From Candidatus Methylomirabilota bacterium (GTDB lineage Bacteria > Methylomirabilota > Methylomirabilia > Rokubacteriales > CSP1-6), in assembly GCA_035764725.1 (NCBI GenBank), contig DASTYT010000051.1:4603-68602 (forward strand): DNA of 64,000 nt. The letters run 5' to 3'. Of this stretch, positions 1 to 8,938 are shown in pieces. The position numbers were made by a program, and so were the translations under genes. Below the pieces are notes generated by a model. That model saw only the letters and a list, made by a program, of their open reading frames with translations. It ran no database searches and was not told where the DNA came from. Positions within the stretch are counted from its first letter, which is position 1; the number at the start of each line of letters is the position of its first letter.

Positions 1-56
1 AGGCCTGGCTGGAGCGCAAGGAGCGCGAGAAGGCGCAGCACGCCCCGCCCGCGTAG
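1..56 (+). CDS. 3' end of an upstream CDS (partial, product unknown; C-terminus ...AWLERKEREKAQHAPPA*)
   Basis: Open frame entering the window from the left and ending at TAG ~54-56, immediately before the GTG of the next gene. Too short to assign a family. Confidence 0.3.
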   Translation, partial: AWLERKEREKAQHAPPA

Positions 57-60
57 TCCT

Positions 61-774
61 GTGAACGGCATCCTGATCCTGACGGCCGTCGAGCTCGAGG
101 CCGCGGGGCTGGCGCGGGAGCTCGAGCTTCCCGCCCTCGCCGGTCTGCCATATCGTGCGTTCGGCCGTGGATCCACTCGCATCGTCCCCGTTGGACTGGG
201 CGCCGCGCTTCTGTCCGCGCGCTGGGCCGACGGGCTCGACGGGCTCACCGATCCGCTGGTGATCTCCGCCGGCATCTGCGGCGGCCTCGAACCGCGCCTC
301 GCCCCCGGCGACCTGGTGCTCCCCACGCGGATCCTCGGCGCGGGGGGAGAGACGCTGACCATCTCGGCGTCCGCGCACGCGCGCGCGCTGGCGCTCGCCG
401 GCCCGCGCGCCGAGACGGGTCTCCTCGCCACGTCGGCGGGCGTGCTGGCCACGCCCGGGGACAAGGCCGCGCTCCGCGCCGCCACCGGCGCCGTCGCGGT
501 GGACATGGAGTCGGGGCCAATCGTGGCGGCGGCCCGCGCGGCGCGCGCGCCGGCCCTGGTCGTGCGCGGCGTCTCCGACGACGCCGGATCCTCGGTGCCG
601 GCGGCGCTGAGCGCCTTGGTCTCCCCCGAAGGGCGCGTGCGCGGCGGCCGCGTCCTCTTGCTCGCGCTCACCCAGCCGCAGACGCTGCCGCGCGCGCTCG
701 CGCTCCGGCGGGGCAGCCGCCTGGCCCTCGCCACGGTGGCGCGGGTGCTCGCCGGGCTCGAGGCCGGAGCATGA
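61..774 (+). CDS. Purine/uridine nucleoside phosphorylase-family protein, hopanoid-associated phosphorylase (HpnG-like)
   Basis: 237 aa, GTG start. PNP_UDP_1-type motifs AVDMESGPIV and VVRGVSDDAG. ATGA overlap with the following epimerase. Sits beside an HpnA-like epimerase and a squalene-synthase-family gene. Confidence 0.6.
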   Translation: MNGILILTAVELEAAGLARELELPALAGLPYRAFGRGSTRIVPVGLGAALLSARWADGLDGLTDPLVISAGICGGLEPRLAPGDLVLPTRILGAGGETLTISASAHARALALAGPRAETGLLATSAGVLATPGDKAALRAATGAVAVDMESGPIVAAARAARAPALVVRGVSDDAGSSVPAALSALVSPEGRVRGGRVLLLALTQPQTLPRALALRRGSRLALATVARVLAGLEAGA

Positions 775-1784
775 GGCGCTCCCTCGTGACGGGCGGCACC
801 GGGTTCGTCGGCGCCAATCTCGTCCGCGAGCTCCTGGCCGACGGCGACCGGGTGCGCGTGCTCGCCCGGGCGGGCGGCGACCGCCGCGCCCTCGCGGGCT
901 GCGAGGTGGAGATCGTCGAGGGCGACCTGCTCGATTCCACCTCGGTGCGCCGGGCGGCCGCGGGCATGGAGCGGGTGTATCACGTCGCCGCCGACTACCG
1001 GCTCTGGGCGCCCGATCCGTCCGCGCTCTTTCGCGCCAACGTGAACGGGACCCGCCACGTGCTGGAGGCGGCCGCCCAGGCCGGGGCCAGCCGCATCGTC
1101 TACACGTCGACGGTGGGCGTGCTCGGCATCCCGAAGGACGGCCGGCCCGGCGACGAAGCCACGCCGGTGTCGCTCGCGGACATGGTCGGGCCGTACAAGG
1201 CCTCGAAGTTCGTGGCGGAGGAAGTCGCCCGCGAGCTCGCGGCGCGCGGCGCGCCCATCGTGATCGTGAATCCGTCCGCGCCGATCGGCCCCTGGGACGT
1301 CAAGCCCACGCCGACGGGCCAGATGGTCGTGGACTTCCTCCGCAGGAAGATGGTCGCGTCGTTCGACACCGGCCTCAACATCGCGCACGTCCGGGACGTC
1401 GCGCGCGGTCACATCCTCGCCGCCGAGCGCGGGCGCCTCGGCGAGCGGTACGTGCTCGGTCACGCCAACTTGACGCTGCTGGAGATCTTCAGCGCGCTCG
1501 CCCGGCTCACCGGCCTGCCCGCGCCGCGCTTCCGGGTGCCGTACGCGGTAGCCTGGCTGGCCGCGGCGGGCATGGAAGGCGTGGCGCGGCTGACCGGCCG
1601 CGCGCCCGCGGTGCCGCTCACCGCGGTGCGGATGGCGCGCAAGCGCATGTTCTTCAGCGTGGACAAGGCGGTGCGCGAGCTCGGCCTGCCCCAAACGCCC
1701 GCGGAGCGGGCGCTCGGCGACGCCGTCGACTGGTTCGTGGCGCGGGGCTACGCGGCCCCGCCGCGGGGACGGCGGGCCGCGTGA
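771..1784 (+). CDS. NAD-dependent epimerase/dehydratase, hopanoid-associated sugar epimerase (HpnA-like)
   Basis: 337 aa. N-terminal Rossmann motif VTGGTGFVGANLVREL and catalytic YxxxK (YKASK). Translationally coupled to both neighbours (ATGA / GTGA overlaps). Confidence 0.7.
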   Translation: MRRSLVTGGTGFVGANLVRELLADGDRVRVLARAGGDRRALAGCEVEIVEGDLLDSTSVRRAAAGMERVYHVAADYRLWAPDPSALFRANVNGTRHVLEAAAQAGASRIVYTSTVGVLGIPKDGRPGDEATPVSLADMVGPYKASKFVAEEVARELAARGAPIVIVNPSAPIGPWDVKPTPTGQMVVDFLRRKMVASFDTGLNIAHVRDVARGHILAAERGRLGERYVLGHANLTLLEIFSALARLTGLPAPRFRVPYAVAWLAAAGMEGVARLTGRAPAVPLTAVRMARKRMFFSVDKAVRELGLPQTPAERALGDAVDWFVARGYAAPPRGRRAA

Positions 1785-2662
1785 ACCCGGCCAGGTTCGT
1801 CTCGCGGCTCACGCGCAAGAGCCGGTCGAACTTCTTCTACGCCTTTCTCCTCCTGCCGCGCGCCCAGCGGGAGGCGATCTTCGCCGTCTACGCTTTCTGC
1901 CGCATCGTCGACGACGCGGTCGACGAGGGCGCGGACCGCGGCGCTCAGCGCGCCGAGCTCGCCCGCTGGCGCGAGGAGATCGCGCGGGTGTGGGGCGCCG
2001 GCGACCCCCAGCACCCCGCGGCGCAGCGGCTCCGCGAGGCGGTGCGACGGTTCCCCATCCCGCGAGAGGCGCTGGAGGAGATCATCGCCGGCGTGGAAAT
2101 GGACCTCGACGTCGCCAGCTACGAGACCTTCAAGGATCTCTACCCGTACTGCTATCGCGTGGCCTCCGCGGTGGGGCTCTGCAGCATCGCCATCTTCGGC
2201 TACACCGATCCGCGCGCGCAGGACTATGCCATCAACCTCGGCGTGGCTCTTCAGCTGACGAATATCCTCCGCGACGTTCAGGTCGACGCCCGCATCGGCC
2301 GGGTCTATCTGCCGCAGGAGGATCTGCGGCGCTTCGGCGTGAGCCCGGACGAGCTGCGCCTGGGGCGCTACTCGCCGGCCTTCGAGGCCCTCATGGCCTT
2401 CCAGGCCACGCGCGCCCGCGAGTACTACGCGCGGGCCTGGCGTGGATTTCCCCCGGCGGATCGCCGCTCGCTCTTCGCCGCGGAGATCATGGGCCGGACC
2501 TACTTCGCACTGCTCCAGGCCATCGAAGCGCGCGGCTTCGACGTCTTCGGCGAGCGCGTCACCGTGCCCTCCCGCCGGCGCATCGCCATCGCGCTCGCGT
2601 GCTGGGCGCGCTCCCGCCTGGGCACCCGCGGCCGCCCGCCTCTCGCGCGCCCGGCCCGATAG
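1781..2662 (+). CDS. Squalene/phytoene synthase family protein (HpnC/HpnD-type presqualene-diphosphate/hydroxysqualene synthase size class)
   Basis: 293 aa. Asp-rich motif 1 (YAFCRIVDDAVDE) and second motif (NILRDVQVDARIGRVYLPQEDL) are typical of trans-isoprenyl diphosphate synthase head-to-head enzymes. The length matches HpnC/HpnD rather than a eukaryote-like SQS. Confidence 0.7.
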   Translation: MNPARFVSRLTRKSRSNFFYAFLLLPRAQREAIFAVYAFCRIVDDAVDEGADRGAQRAELARWREEIARVWGAGDPQHPAAQRLREAVRRFPIPREALEEIIAGVEMDLDVASYETFKDLYPYCYRVASAVGLCSIAIFGYTDPRAQDYAINLGVALQLTNILRDVQVDARIGRVYLPQEDLRRFGVSPDELRLGRYSPAFEALMAFQATRAREYYARAWRGFPPADRRSLFAAEIMGRTYFALLQAIEARGFDVFGERVTVPSRRRIAIALACWARSRLGTRGRPPLARPAR

Positions 2663-2673
2663 CCGCCGCGCTC

Positions 2674-3684
2674 ATGAAAGCGTCCGTGCATGTGGGGTCC
2701 GGCCGCCTCGAGCTGCGCGAGTGGCCGGAGCCGCGGGCGGGCGCGGGCGAGCTGATCGTGCGGCTCCGCGGCTGCGGCCTTTGCGGCTCGGACCTCGCCA
2801 AGCTCGCCCGCGGGGCGGCGGCGGCGCCCGCGGTGCTGGGCCACGAGCTGGTGGGCGAGGTCGCGGCGGTCGGGCCGGGCGTGGGTCGCTTTGCGGAGGG
2901 AGACCGTGTGGTCGTCGCGCATCACGTGCCCTGCTTCGCTTGCCACTACTGCCGCCGCGGCAGTCCCTCCATGTGCCGGGAGTTCAAGCGCGTGAACCTC
3001 GACCCGGGCGGGTTCGCCGAGCTCGTGCGCGTGCCCGCGCCCAACGTCGCGCATGCGACGTTCGCCATCGGCGCGACCATGAGCGACGAAACCGCGTCGT
3101 TCACCGAGCCCCTCGCGTGCTGCCTCCGCGCGGTCAAGCGCACCGGTGCCCGCGCGGGCGACACCGTGGTGGTGGTAGGGCTCGGCTCCATCGGCTGTCT
3201 CCTCGCCCAGGGCTTTTGCCTGGCGGGTGCGCGCGTGCTGGGCGCCGATCTCCTCGCCGCGCGACGTCGGCTGGCCGCGGGGCTCGGTGTGGAGGTGTTC
3301 GAGGACGACGCAGCGCTGGATGGCGTCCTCCGCGAGGCCACCGGCGGGCGCGGCGCCGACGTGGTGATGCTTACCGCCGGCGCGGCGACCGCGGTGGCCG
3401 CGGCCGCGGCCCGCGTGCGGGACGGCGGCCACGTCCACTGCTTCGCGGGCGGGGCCGGCGACCTGCTCCCGCTGGCCCTCGACACGCTCTATCACCGCGA
3501 GCTCACGCTCAGCGCCACCTACTCGTCCTCGCCCACCGAGCTGGCCGAGGCCTTCGCGCACCTGGTCAGCGGGCGCGTGATGGTGGACGGTCTCATCACG
3601 CACCGCCTGCCCCTGGCACGACTCGAGGAGGGCGTGGCGCTGATGCGGCGGCAGGAGGCGGTGAAGGTGTACGTGACGCCGTGA
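2674..3684 (+). CDS. Zinc-dependent alcohol dehydrogenase (MDR superfamily)
   Basis: 336 aa. Catalytic Zn motif GHELVGEV, structural-Zn Cys cluster CFACHYCRRGSPSMC, Rossmann VVVVGLGSIG. Internal ATG inside a longer track ORF; located by residue counting from the ORF end. Confidence 0.8.
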   Translation: MKASVHVGSGRLELREWPEPRAGAGELIVRLRGCGLCGSDLAKLARGAAAAPAVLGHELVGEVAAVGPGVGRFAEGDRVVVAHHVPCFACHYCRRGSPSMCREFKRVNLDPGGFAELVRVPAPNVAHATFAIGATMSDETASFTEPLACCLRAVKRTGARAGDTVVVVGLGSIGCLLAQGFCLAGARVLGADLLAARRRLAAGLGVEVFEDDAALDGVLREATGGRGADVVMLTAGAATAVAAAAARVRDGGHVHCFAGGAGDLLPLALDTLYHRELTLSATYSSSPTELAEAFAHLVSGRVMVDGLITHRLPLARLEEGVALMRRQEAVKVYVTP

Positions 3685-3692
3685 CCGCGCGC

Positions 3693-4721
3693 ATGCGCGC
3701 CCAGGTCTTTCACGGGCCGGGCGATCTGCGCTTCGAGGAGGTGCCCGTGCCCGCTCCGGGCGCCGGCGAGATCCTGCTCCGGGTGGAGGCCGCGCTCACC
3801 TGCGGCACGGACGTGAAAACGCTGCGGCGGGGTCACCCCGTGATGATTCCCACCGTGCCCACGGTGTTCGGCCATGAGCTCGCGGGCACCGTGGCCGCGG
3901 TCGGGGCCGGGGTGCGGAGCTGGCGCGAGGGCGACCGTCTGGTGGCCGCGAACTCGGCGCCGTGCGGGGCCTGCCACCTGTGCCGCGCGGGGCGGCCCAA
4001 CCTCTGCGAGGACCTCTTGTTCGTCAACGGCGCCTACGGCGAGATGATCGCGCTGCCGCCGCGCCTGGTGGAGCGGAACGTGGTGCGGATCAGCCCGTCG
4101 CTGTCCGCCGCGCGCGCCGCCTTCGCGGAGCCGCTCGCCTGCGCGGTGCAGGGGATCGACCGCGGGCGCGTGGAAGCCGGGATGACGGTGGCAATCTTCG
4201 GCCCGGGTCCGCTGGGCTGCCTGCTCGCGCTGGTGGCCGCCCAACGCAAGGCGCGGGTGCTCGTGATCGGCAAGAGCGGCTGGCGCCTCGCGCGCGTGCG
4301 CGCGGCGGGCTTTGCCGAATGCGTGGATGCACGCGAGGGCGATGTGATCGAGCAGCTGCGCGCCCGCGCGGGCGGCGACGGCATCCACGTGGCCGTCGAC
4401 GCCACCGGGCGGCCGGAGGTGTGGGAGCTGGCCATGGACGCGGTCGGACGGGGCGGCACCGTGGTCTTCTTCGGCGGCTGCGCGCCGGGGACGCACGTGC
4501 GCGTCGACGCGAGGCGGGCGCACTACGAGGAGCTGACCCTGGCGGGAGCCTTTCACCACACCCCGGAGCTGATCCGCCGTGCGGTCGACCTCCTCGCCAC
4601 CGGCGCCCTGAACCCGGACCCGCTGGTCACCCACACGATGGGGCTGGCCGACGTGCCGCGGGCGCTCGGCCTCATGGGCGATGGCCAGGCACTCAAGGTG
4701 GCCATCGATCCTTCCGTTTGA
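3693..4721 (+). CDS. Zinc-dependent alcohol dehydrogenase (MDR superfamily), second paralog
   Basis: 342 aa. GHELAGTV, Cys cluster CGACHLCRAGRPNLC, Rossmann IFGPGPLGCL. An alternative in-frame GTG lies at 3681. Confidence 0.8.
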   Translation: MRAQVFHGPGDLRFEEVPVPAPGAGEILLRVEAALTCGTDVKTLRRGHPVMIPTVPTVFGHELAGTVAAVGAGVRSWREGDRLVAANSAPCGACHLCRAGRPNLCEDLLFVNGAYGEMIALPPRLVERNVVRISPSLSAARAAFAEPLACAVQGIDRGRVEAGMTVAIFGPGPLGCLLALVAAQRKARVLVIGKSGWRLARVRAAGFAECVDAREGDVIEQLRARAGGDGIHVAVDATGRPEVWELAMDAVGRGGTVVFFGGCAPGTHVRVDARRAHYEELTLAGAFHHTPELIRRAVDLLATGALNPDPLVTHTMGLADVPRALGLMGDGQALKVAIDPSV

Positions 4722-4746
4722 GCGGGGGTCGCCCCTCCGGTATACT
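4718..4746 (+). promoter_or_regulatory. Sigma70-like promoter upstream of ispH (-35 TTGAGC, 17-nt spacer, -10 TATACT)
   Basis: Read directly in the 58-bp ADH2-ispH gap. The -35 overlaps the ADH2 stop codon. AGGAGA RBS lies 5 nt upstream of the ispH ATG. Positions +/-1. Confidence 0.35.
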
Positions 4747-4779
4747 CGCGTGAGTCCTCACATTTACCCAGGAGACCCG

Positions 4780-5778
4780 ATGGCCACCATTCCGCTGCTC
4801 CAGGACATCGTGCTGGCCGGGCCCCGCGGCTTCTGCGCGGGCGTCGACCGGGCGATCGACATCGTCGAGCTGGCCCTGCAGGTGTGCCCGCCGCCGGTCT
4901 ACGTGCGGAAAGAGATCGTGCACAACCGGCACGTCGTGGAGGCCCTGCGGGCCAAGGGCGCGCACTTCGTGGACGAGCTCGACGAGGTACCGGACGATGC
5001 CACCGTGATCTTCAGCGCCCACGGCATCGCGCCGGCGGTGCGCGTGGAGGCGGAGCGGCGCGGGCTCCGCGTGATCGACGCCACCTGTCCCCTCGTGACC
5101 AAGGTGCATCTCGAGGCCGTTCGCTACGCGCGCGAGGGCTACTCGATCATCCTGGTGGGGCATGCCGACCACGATGAGGTGGTGGGGACGACGGGCGAGG
5201 CGCCGGACAAGATCCTGGTGATCGCGCACCCGGACGAGGTCGATCGCCTCGAGGTGCCGGATCCCAGCAAGGTCGCGTTCCTCACCCAGACCACGCTGTC
5301 GGTCGACGACACCCGCGACTGCATCGCCGCGCTGCGCCGCCGCTTCCCCAAGATCGTGGGGCCGTCGAAGGACGACATCTGCTACGCGACCCAGAACCGG
5401 CAGGCTGCGGCCAAGACGGTGGCGAGCGGCGTGGACGTGCTCCTCGTCATCGGCGCGGCGAACAGCTCCAACGCCAACCGCCTCGTCGAGGTCTCGAAGG
5501 GGCTGGGCACGGCGTCCTATCTCATCAACGACAAGAACGACATCCGCCCGGAGTGGCTGGAGGGGGCGACGCGCGTGGGCGTGACCGCCGGTGCCTCGAC
5601 GCCCGAGTTCCTCGTCACCGAGGTGGTGCACGCGCTGCAGGCGATGCGACCGGCCGAGGTGCGCGAGGTGCACGTGGTCGAGGAGGACGTCCGTTTCGGG
5701 CTGCCCAAGGAGCTCGAGGAGATCGCGCGCCAGGCTGGCAAGACCCTGCCCGCCCGGCGCGGCGTCGACGAGGAGTAG
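4780..5778 (+). CDS. ispH: 4-hydroxy-3-methylbut-2-enyl diphosphate reductase (IspH/LytB)
   Basis: 332 aa. N-terminus MATIPLLQDIVLAGPRGFCAGVDRAI is the conserved IspH start with the first Fe-S Cys. AGGAGA RBS present. Confidence 0.85.
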   Translation: MATIPLLQDIVLAGPRGFCAGVDRAIDIVELALQVCPPPVYVRKEIVHNRHVVEALRAKGAHFVDELDEVPDDATVIFSAHGIAPAVRVEAERRGLRVIDATCPLVTKVHLEAVRYAREGYSIILVGHADHDEVVGTTGEAPDKILVIAHPDEVDRLEVPDPSKVAFLTQTTLSVDDTRDCIAALRRRFPKIVGPSKDDICYATQNRQAAAKTVASGVDVLLVIGAANSSNANRLVEVSKGLGTASYLINDKNDIRPEWLEGATRVGVTAGASTPEFLVTEVVHALQAMRPAEVREVHVVEEDVRFGLPKELEEIARQAGKTLPARRGVDEE

Positions 5779-5781
5779 GCC

Positions 5782-6717
5782 ATGCATCTCGTCACGTTCC
5801 GCAAGGGGCGCAGCCAGGGGCGCGTGGGTGCGATCTGGCACGAGGCTGTGATCGATCTGGCCGGGGTGGCCAAGGATCTCGCCGCCCAGCGCAACGAGCC
5901 AGCGCGCGGCCGGGGATTTCCGAAGACCATGCTCGAGCTGGTGGAGGGCGGCGAGACCGCGCTCGCTCGCGCGCGCGAGGCCTTCGAGGCGGGCCAGCGC
6001 CTGGTCGATGCGCAGGGCATCGACGATCTCGCCGCGCGGAAGCTCGCGTACCCCCTCGCCAAGGTGCGTCTCCTCGCGCCGATCATTCCGCCCCGGAACG
6101 TGTTCTGCCTCGGCCGTAACTACGCCGACCATGCCGCCGAGCGCGGCGCCGCCGTGCCCGAGCATCCGGTGTACTTCACCAAGCCGGCCGACTGCGTGAT
6201 CGGGACGGGCGAGCGCGTCACCCATCATGCCGTCACCAAGGAGCTGGACTACGAGGTCGAGCTGACCGCGGTGATCGGCACCGGCGGGCGCGACATCCCG
6301 CGGGGGAACGCGCTCCGCCACGTCTTCGGCTACACGGTGATCAACGACGTGACCGCGCGCGATCTCCAGAAGAAGCACGGCCAGTGGTTCAAGGGGAAGT
6401 CGCTCGACACCTTCTGCCCCATGGGCCCGGTGCTCGTCACCGCCGACGAGATCCCCGATCCGCAGTCCCTCGCGGTGTCGCTGCGGGTGAACGGGCAGGC
6501 GCGTCAGTCCAGCCACACCTCCAAGATGATCTTCCCGGTGGATCAGTGCATCGAGGTGCTCTCGCAGGGCTTTACCTTGGTGCCCGGCGATGTCATCGCC
6601 ACCGGCACCCCCGACGGCGTGGGCGCGGCCACCGGCAACTTCCTCAAGATCGGCGACCGCATGGAGGCGGAGGTCGAACGGATCGGCGTGCTCGCCAACC
6701 GGGTCGCCGCGCCCTAG
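5782..6717 (+). CDS. Fumarylacetoacetate hydrolase (FAH) family protein
   Basis: 311 aa. FAH-fold motifs FCLGRNYADHAAE and a metal-binding Glu/Asp region (ELDYEVELTAVIG). Confidence 0.75.
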   Translation: MHLVTFRKGRSQGRVGAIWHEAVIDLAGVAKDLAAQRNEPARGRGFPKTMLELVEGGETALARAREAFEAGQRLVDAQGIDDLAARKLAYPLAKVRLLAPIIPPRNVFCLGRNYADHAAERGAAVPEHPVYFTKPADCVIGTGERVTHHAVTKELDYEVELTAVIGTGGRDIPRGNALRHVFGYTVINDVTARDLQKKHGQWFKGKSLDTFCPMGPVLVTADEIPDPQSLAVSLRVNGQARQSSHTSKMIFPVDQCIEVLSQGFTLVPGDVIATGTPDGVGAATGNFLKIGDRMEAEVERIGVLANRVAAP

Positions 6718-6842
6718 CGTCGTCGGGCGGCCCCGCGGGCCCCTAGAAGGGTCCGTCGCCGTGTGGTAGCATCCCCGTCACATCAGCCCTCTTCCTTCTT
6801 CGTCGTTCTATCCGTCGTGTCGGAATCAACGGGGAGGCGGAC

Positions 6843-8924
6843 ATGGCGCTCGATATCGCGAAGATCCGCAACATCGGCATGGTCGGCCACGGCGGGGTCG
6901 GCAAGACCTCGCTGGTGGAAGGCATGTTGTTCGTCGCCGGCGCGGTGAACCGGCTGGGCCGCGTCGATGATGGCACCACCACCACCGATTTCGACCCCGA
7001 CGAGATCAAGCGCAAGATCTCGCTGTCCACGTCGGCGGCCTACTGCGATTACAAGGGGCATCGCCTGAATTTCGTCGACACGCCGGGATACGGCGATTTC
7101 ATCTCCGACGCCCGGGCCGGCCTGCGGGCGGTGGGCGGGGCGATCGTGGTGGTGGACGCGGTGGCGGGGGTGCAGGTCCAGACCGAAAAGGTCTGGAAGA
7201 TGGCGAACGACTACGGCCTCCCGCGCATCGTGGTGATCAACAGGATGGACCGGGAGCGGGCCGACTTCTCGCGCGCCCTGGATTCCCTCCAGCGCCGGCT
7301 GAAGGGACGCCTCTGCCCCCTGCAGGTGCCGATCGGAGCGGAGGCGGGATTCCGGGGCGTGGTGGACCTCGTGAAGATGAAGGCGGCGCTCGTCGCCGAC
7401 GGCAAGCCGCGCGAGGCCGAGATACCGGGCGAGGTGATGGACACCGCCAAGGAATGGCGGGAGAAGCTCACCGAGGCCGTCGCGGAGACCGACGACGATC
7501 TCCTCGCCAAATATCTGGAGGAGGGCTCGATCGCCGAGGGCGAGATGCTGGGCGCTCTGCGCAAGGCCATCGCGAGCGGGACGCTCGTGCCCGTGCTCGC
7601 GGCCGCGGCCACGCGTCTCATCGGCATCCAACCCCTCATGGACCTCATCGTGGAAGAATTCCCGTCCCCCGCCGACGCCGGCGCCGTCGAGGGCACCGAC
7701 CTGAAGACCAAAGCCGCGGGCACGCGGGCCGTCGACCCCAAGGCCCCGTTCGCTGCGCTCGTCTTCAAGACCATCTCCGATCCCCACGTAGGCAAGCTCT
7801 CCGTCTTCCGCGTGTACTCGGGGACGCTGCGGTCGGACAGCCAGGTGTTCAACGCCACGCGCGGCACCAGGGAGCGGGTGGGGCACATCGGCTGGCTGCA
7901 GGGCAAGACTCAGAAGGCGATGGACGCGCTGGGCCCGGGCGAGATCGGGGTGGTCGCCAAGCTCAAGGACACGCTGACCGGCGACACGCTCTGCGACGAG
8001 GCCAGCCCCATCGTGCTGTCCGGCATCGCCTTCCCCGAGCCGGCCATCTCCTTCGCCATCCAGCCCAAGTCCCGCGGCGACGAGGACAAGATCTCCACTG
8101 CGCTGCACCGCATGGCCGAGGAAGATCCCACCCTCCACCACCACTTCGATCCCGAGACCAAGCAGCTCCTCGTCTCTGGCATGGGGCAGATGCACGTGGA
8201 GATGGTCGTCGAGCGCATGAAGCGCAAGTACAACGTGGACGTCCTGGTGCTCCCGCCGCGCATCCCGTACAAGGAGACGGTGAAGGGGCGCGCGGAGGTG
8301 CAGGGGAAGTACAAGAAGCAGACGGGCGGGCGCGGGCAGTACGGCGACACCTGGCTCCGGATCGAGCCGCTCACCCGCGGCGGCGGCTTCGAGTTCGTGG
8401 ACGACATCTTCGGGGGCGCCATCCCGCGGAACTTCATCCCCTCGGTGGAGAAGGGCGTGCGGGACTGCATGAAGCGCGGCATCTACGCGGGCTACCCGGT
8501 GGTTGACCTCAAGGTCACGCTCTACGACGGCTCCTATCACGACGTCGACTCCTCCGACATGGCCTTCCAGATCGCGGCGTCGATGGGGCTGCAGAAGGGC
8601 TTCATGGAGGCGCGCCCGATCCTGCTCGAGCCCGTGATGAACGTGGAGGTGACCGCGCCCGCCGACAACGCGGGTGACGTCATCGGCGACATCAACGGCC
8701 GGCGCGGCCGCGTGATCGGCATGGAGCCAGACGGCGAGATCGTCGCGGTGCGGGCGCAGGTGCCGATGGCGGAGATGCTCACCTACGAGTCCACCCTGCG
8801 CTCGATGACGGGCGGCCGCGGCGCCTACTCGATGGAGCCGTCGCACTACGAGGAAGTGCCCGCCCACATCGCGGAGAAGGTGGTCAAGGAAGCCAAGGCC
8901 GAGAAGGAGAAGGCGAGCCACTAG
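6843..8924 (+). CDS. Elongation factor G-like GTPase (EF-G paralog)
   Basis: 693 aa. G1 variant GHGGVGKTS, G3 DTPGYGDF, G4 NRMD, then EF-G domains II-V. Divergent N-terminus (TTTDFDPDEIKRKISL where canonical EF-G has ATMDWMEQE). GGGGAGG RBS. Confidence 0.8.
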   Translation: MALDIAKIRNIGMVGHGGVGKTSLVEGMLFVAGAVNRLGRVDDGTTTTDFDPDEIKRKISLSTSAAYCDYKGHRLNFVDTPGYGDFISDARAGLRAVGGAIVVVDAVAGVQVQTEKVWKMANDYGLPRIVVINRMDRERADFSRALDSLQRRLKGRLCPLQVPIGAEAGFRGVVDLVKMKAALVADGKPREAEIPGEVMDTAKEWREKLTEAVAETDDDLLAKYLEEGSIAEGEMLGALRKAIASGTLVPVLAAAATRLIGIQPLMDLIVEEFPSPADAGAVEGTDLKTKAAGTRAVDPKAPFAALVFKTISDPHVGKLSVFRVYSGTLRSDSQVFNATRGTRERVGHIGWLQGKTQKAMDALGPGEIGVVAKLKDTLTGDTLCDEASPIVLSGIAFPEPAISFAIQPKSRGDEDKISTALHRMAEEDPTLHHHFDPETKQLLVSGMGQMHVEMVVERMKRKYNVDVLVLPPRIPYKETVKGRAEVQGKYKKQTGGRGQYGDTWLRIEPLTRGGGFEFVDDIFGGAIPRNFIPSVEKGVRDCMKRGIYAGYPVVDLKVTLYDGSYHDVDSSDMAFQIAASMGLQKGFMEARPILLEPVMNVEVTAPADNAGDVIGDINGRRGRVIGMEPDGEIVAVRAQVPMAEMLTYESTLRSMTGGRGAYSMEPSHYEEVPAHIAEKVVKEAKAEKEKASH

Positions 8925-8938
8925 CGTCGCCCGCCCGG

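Noticed and set aside
2442-4721. 759-aa and 564-aa track ORFs suggesting one giant fused dehydrogenase.
   Set aside because: Both are read-through frames. The two ADHs are in different reading frames. The first ends at TGA 3682-3684, so they are separate genes, not a fusion.
6718-6842. GC-rich quasi-palindrome GGCCCCGCGGGCCCC after the FAH gene as a terminator.
   Set aside because: Arms do not form a consistent stem with a loop, and there is no U-tract. The adjacent pyrimidine-rich stretch is more likely the EF-G promoter/leader.
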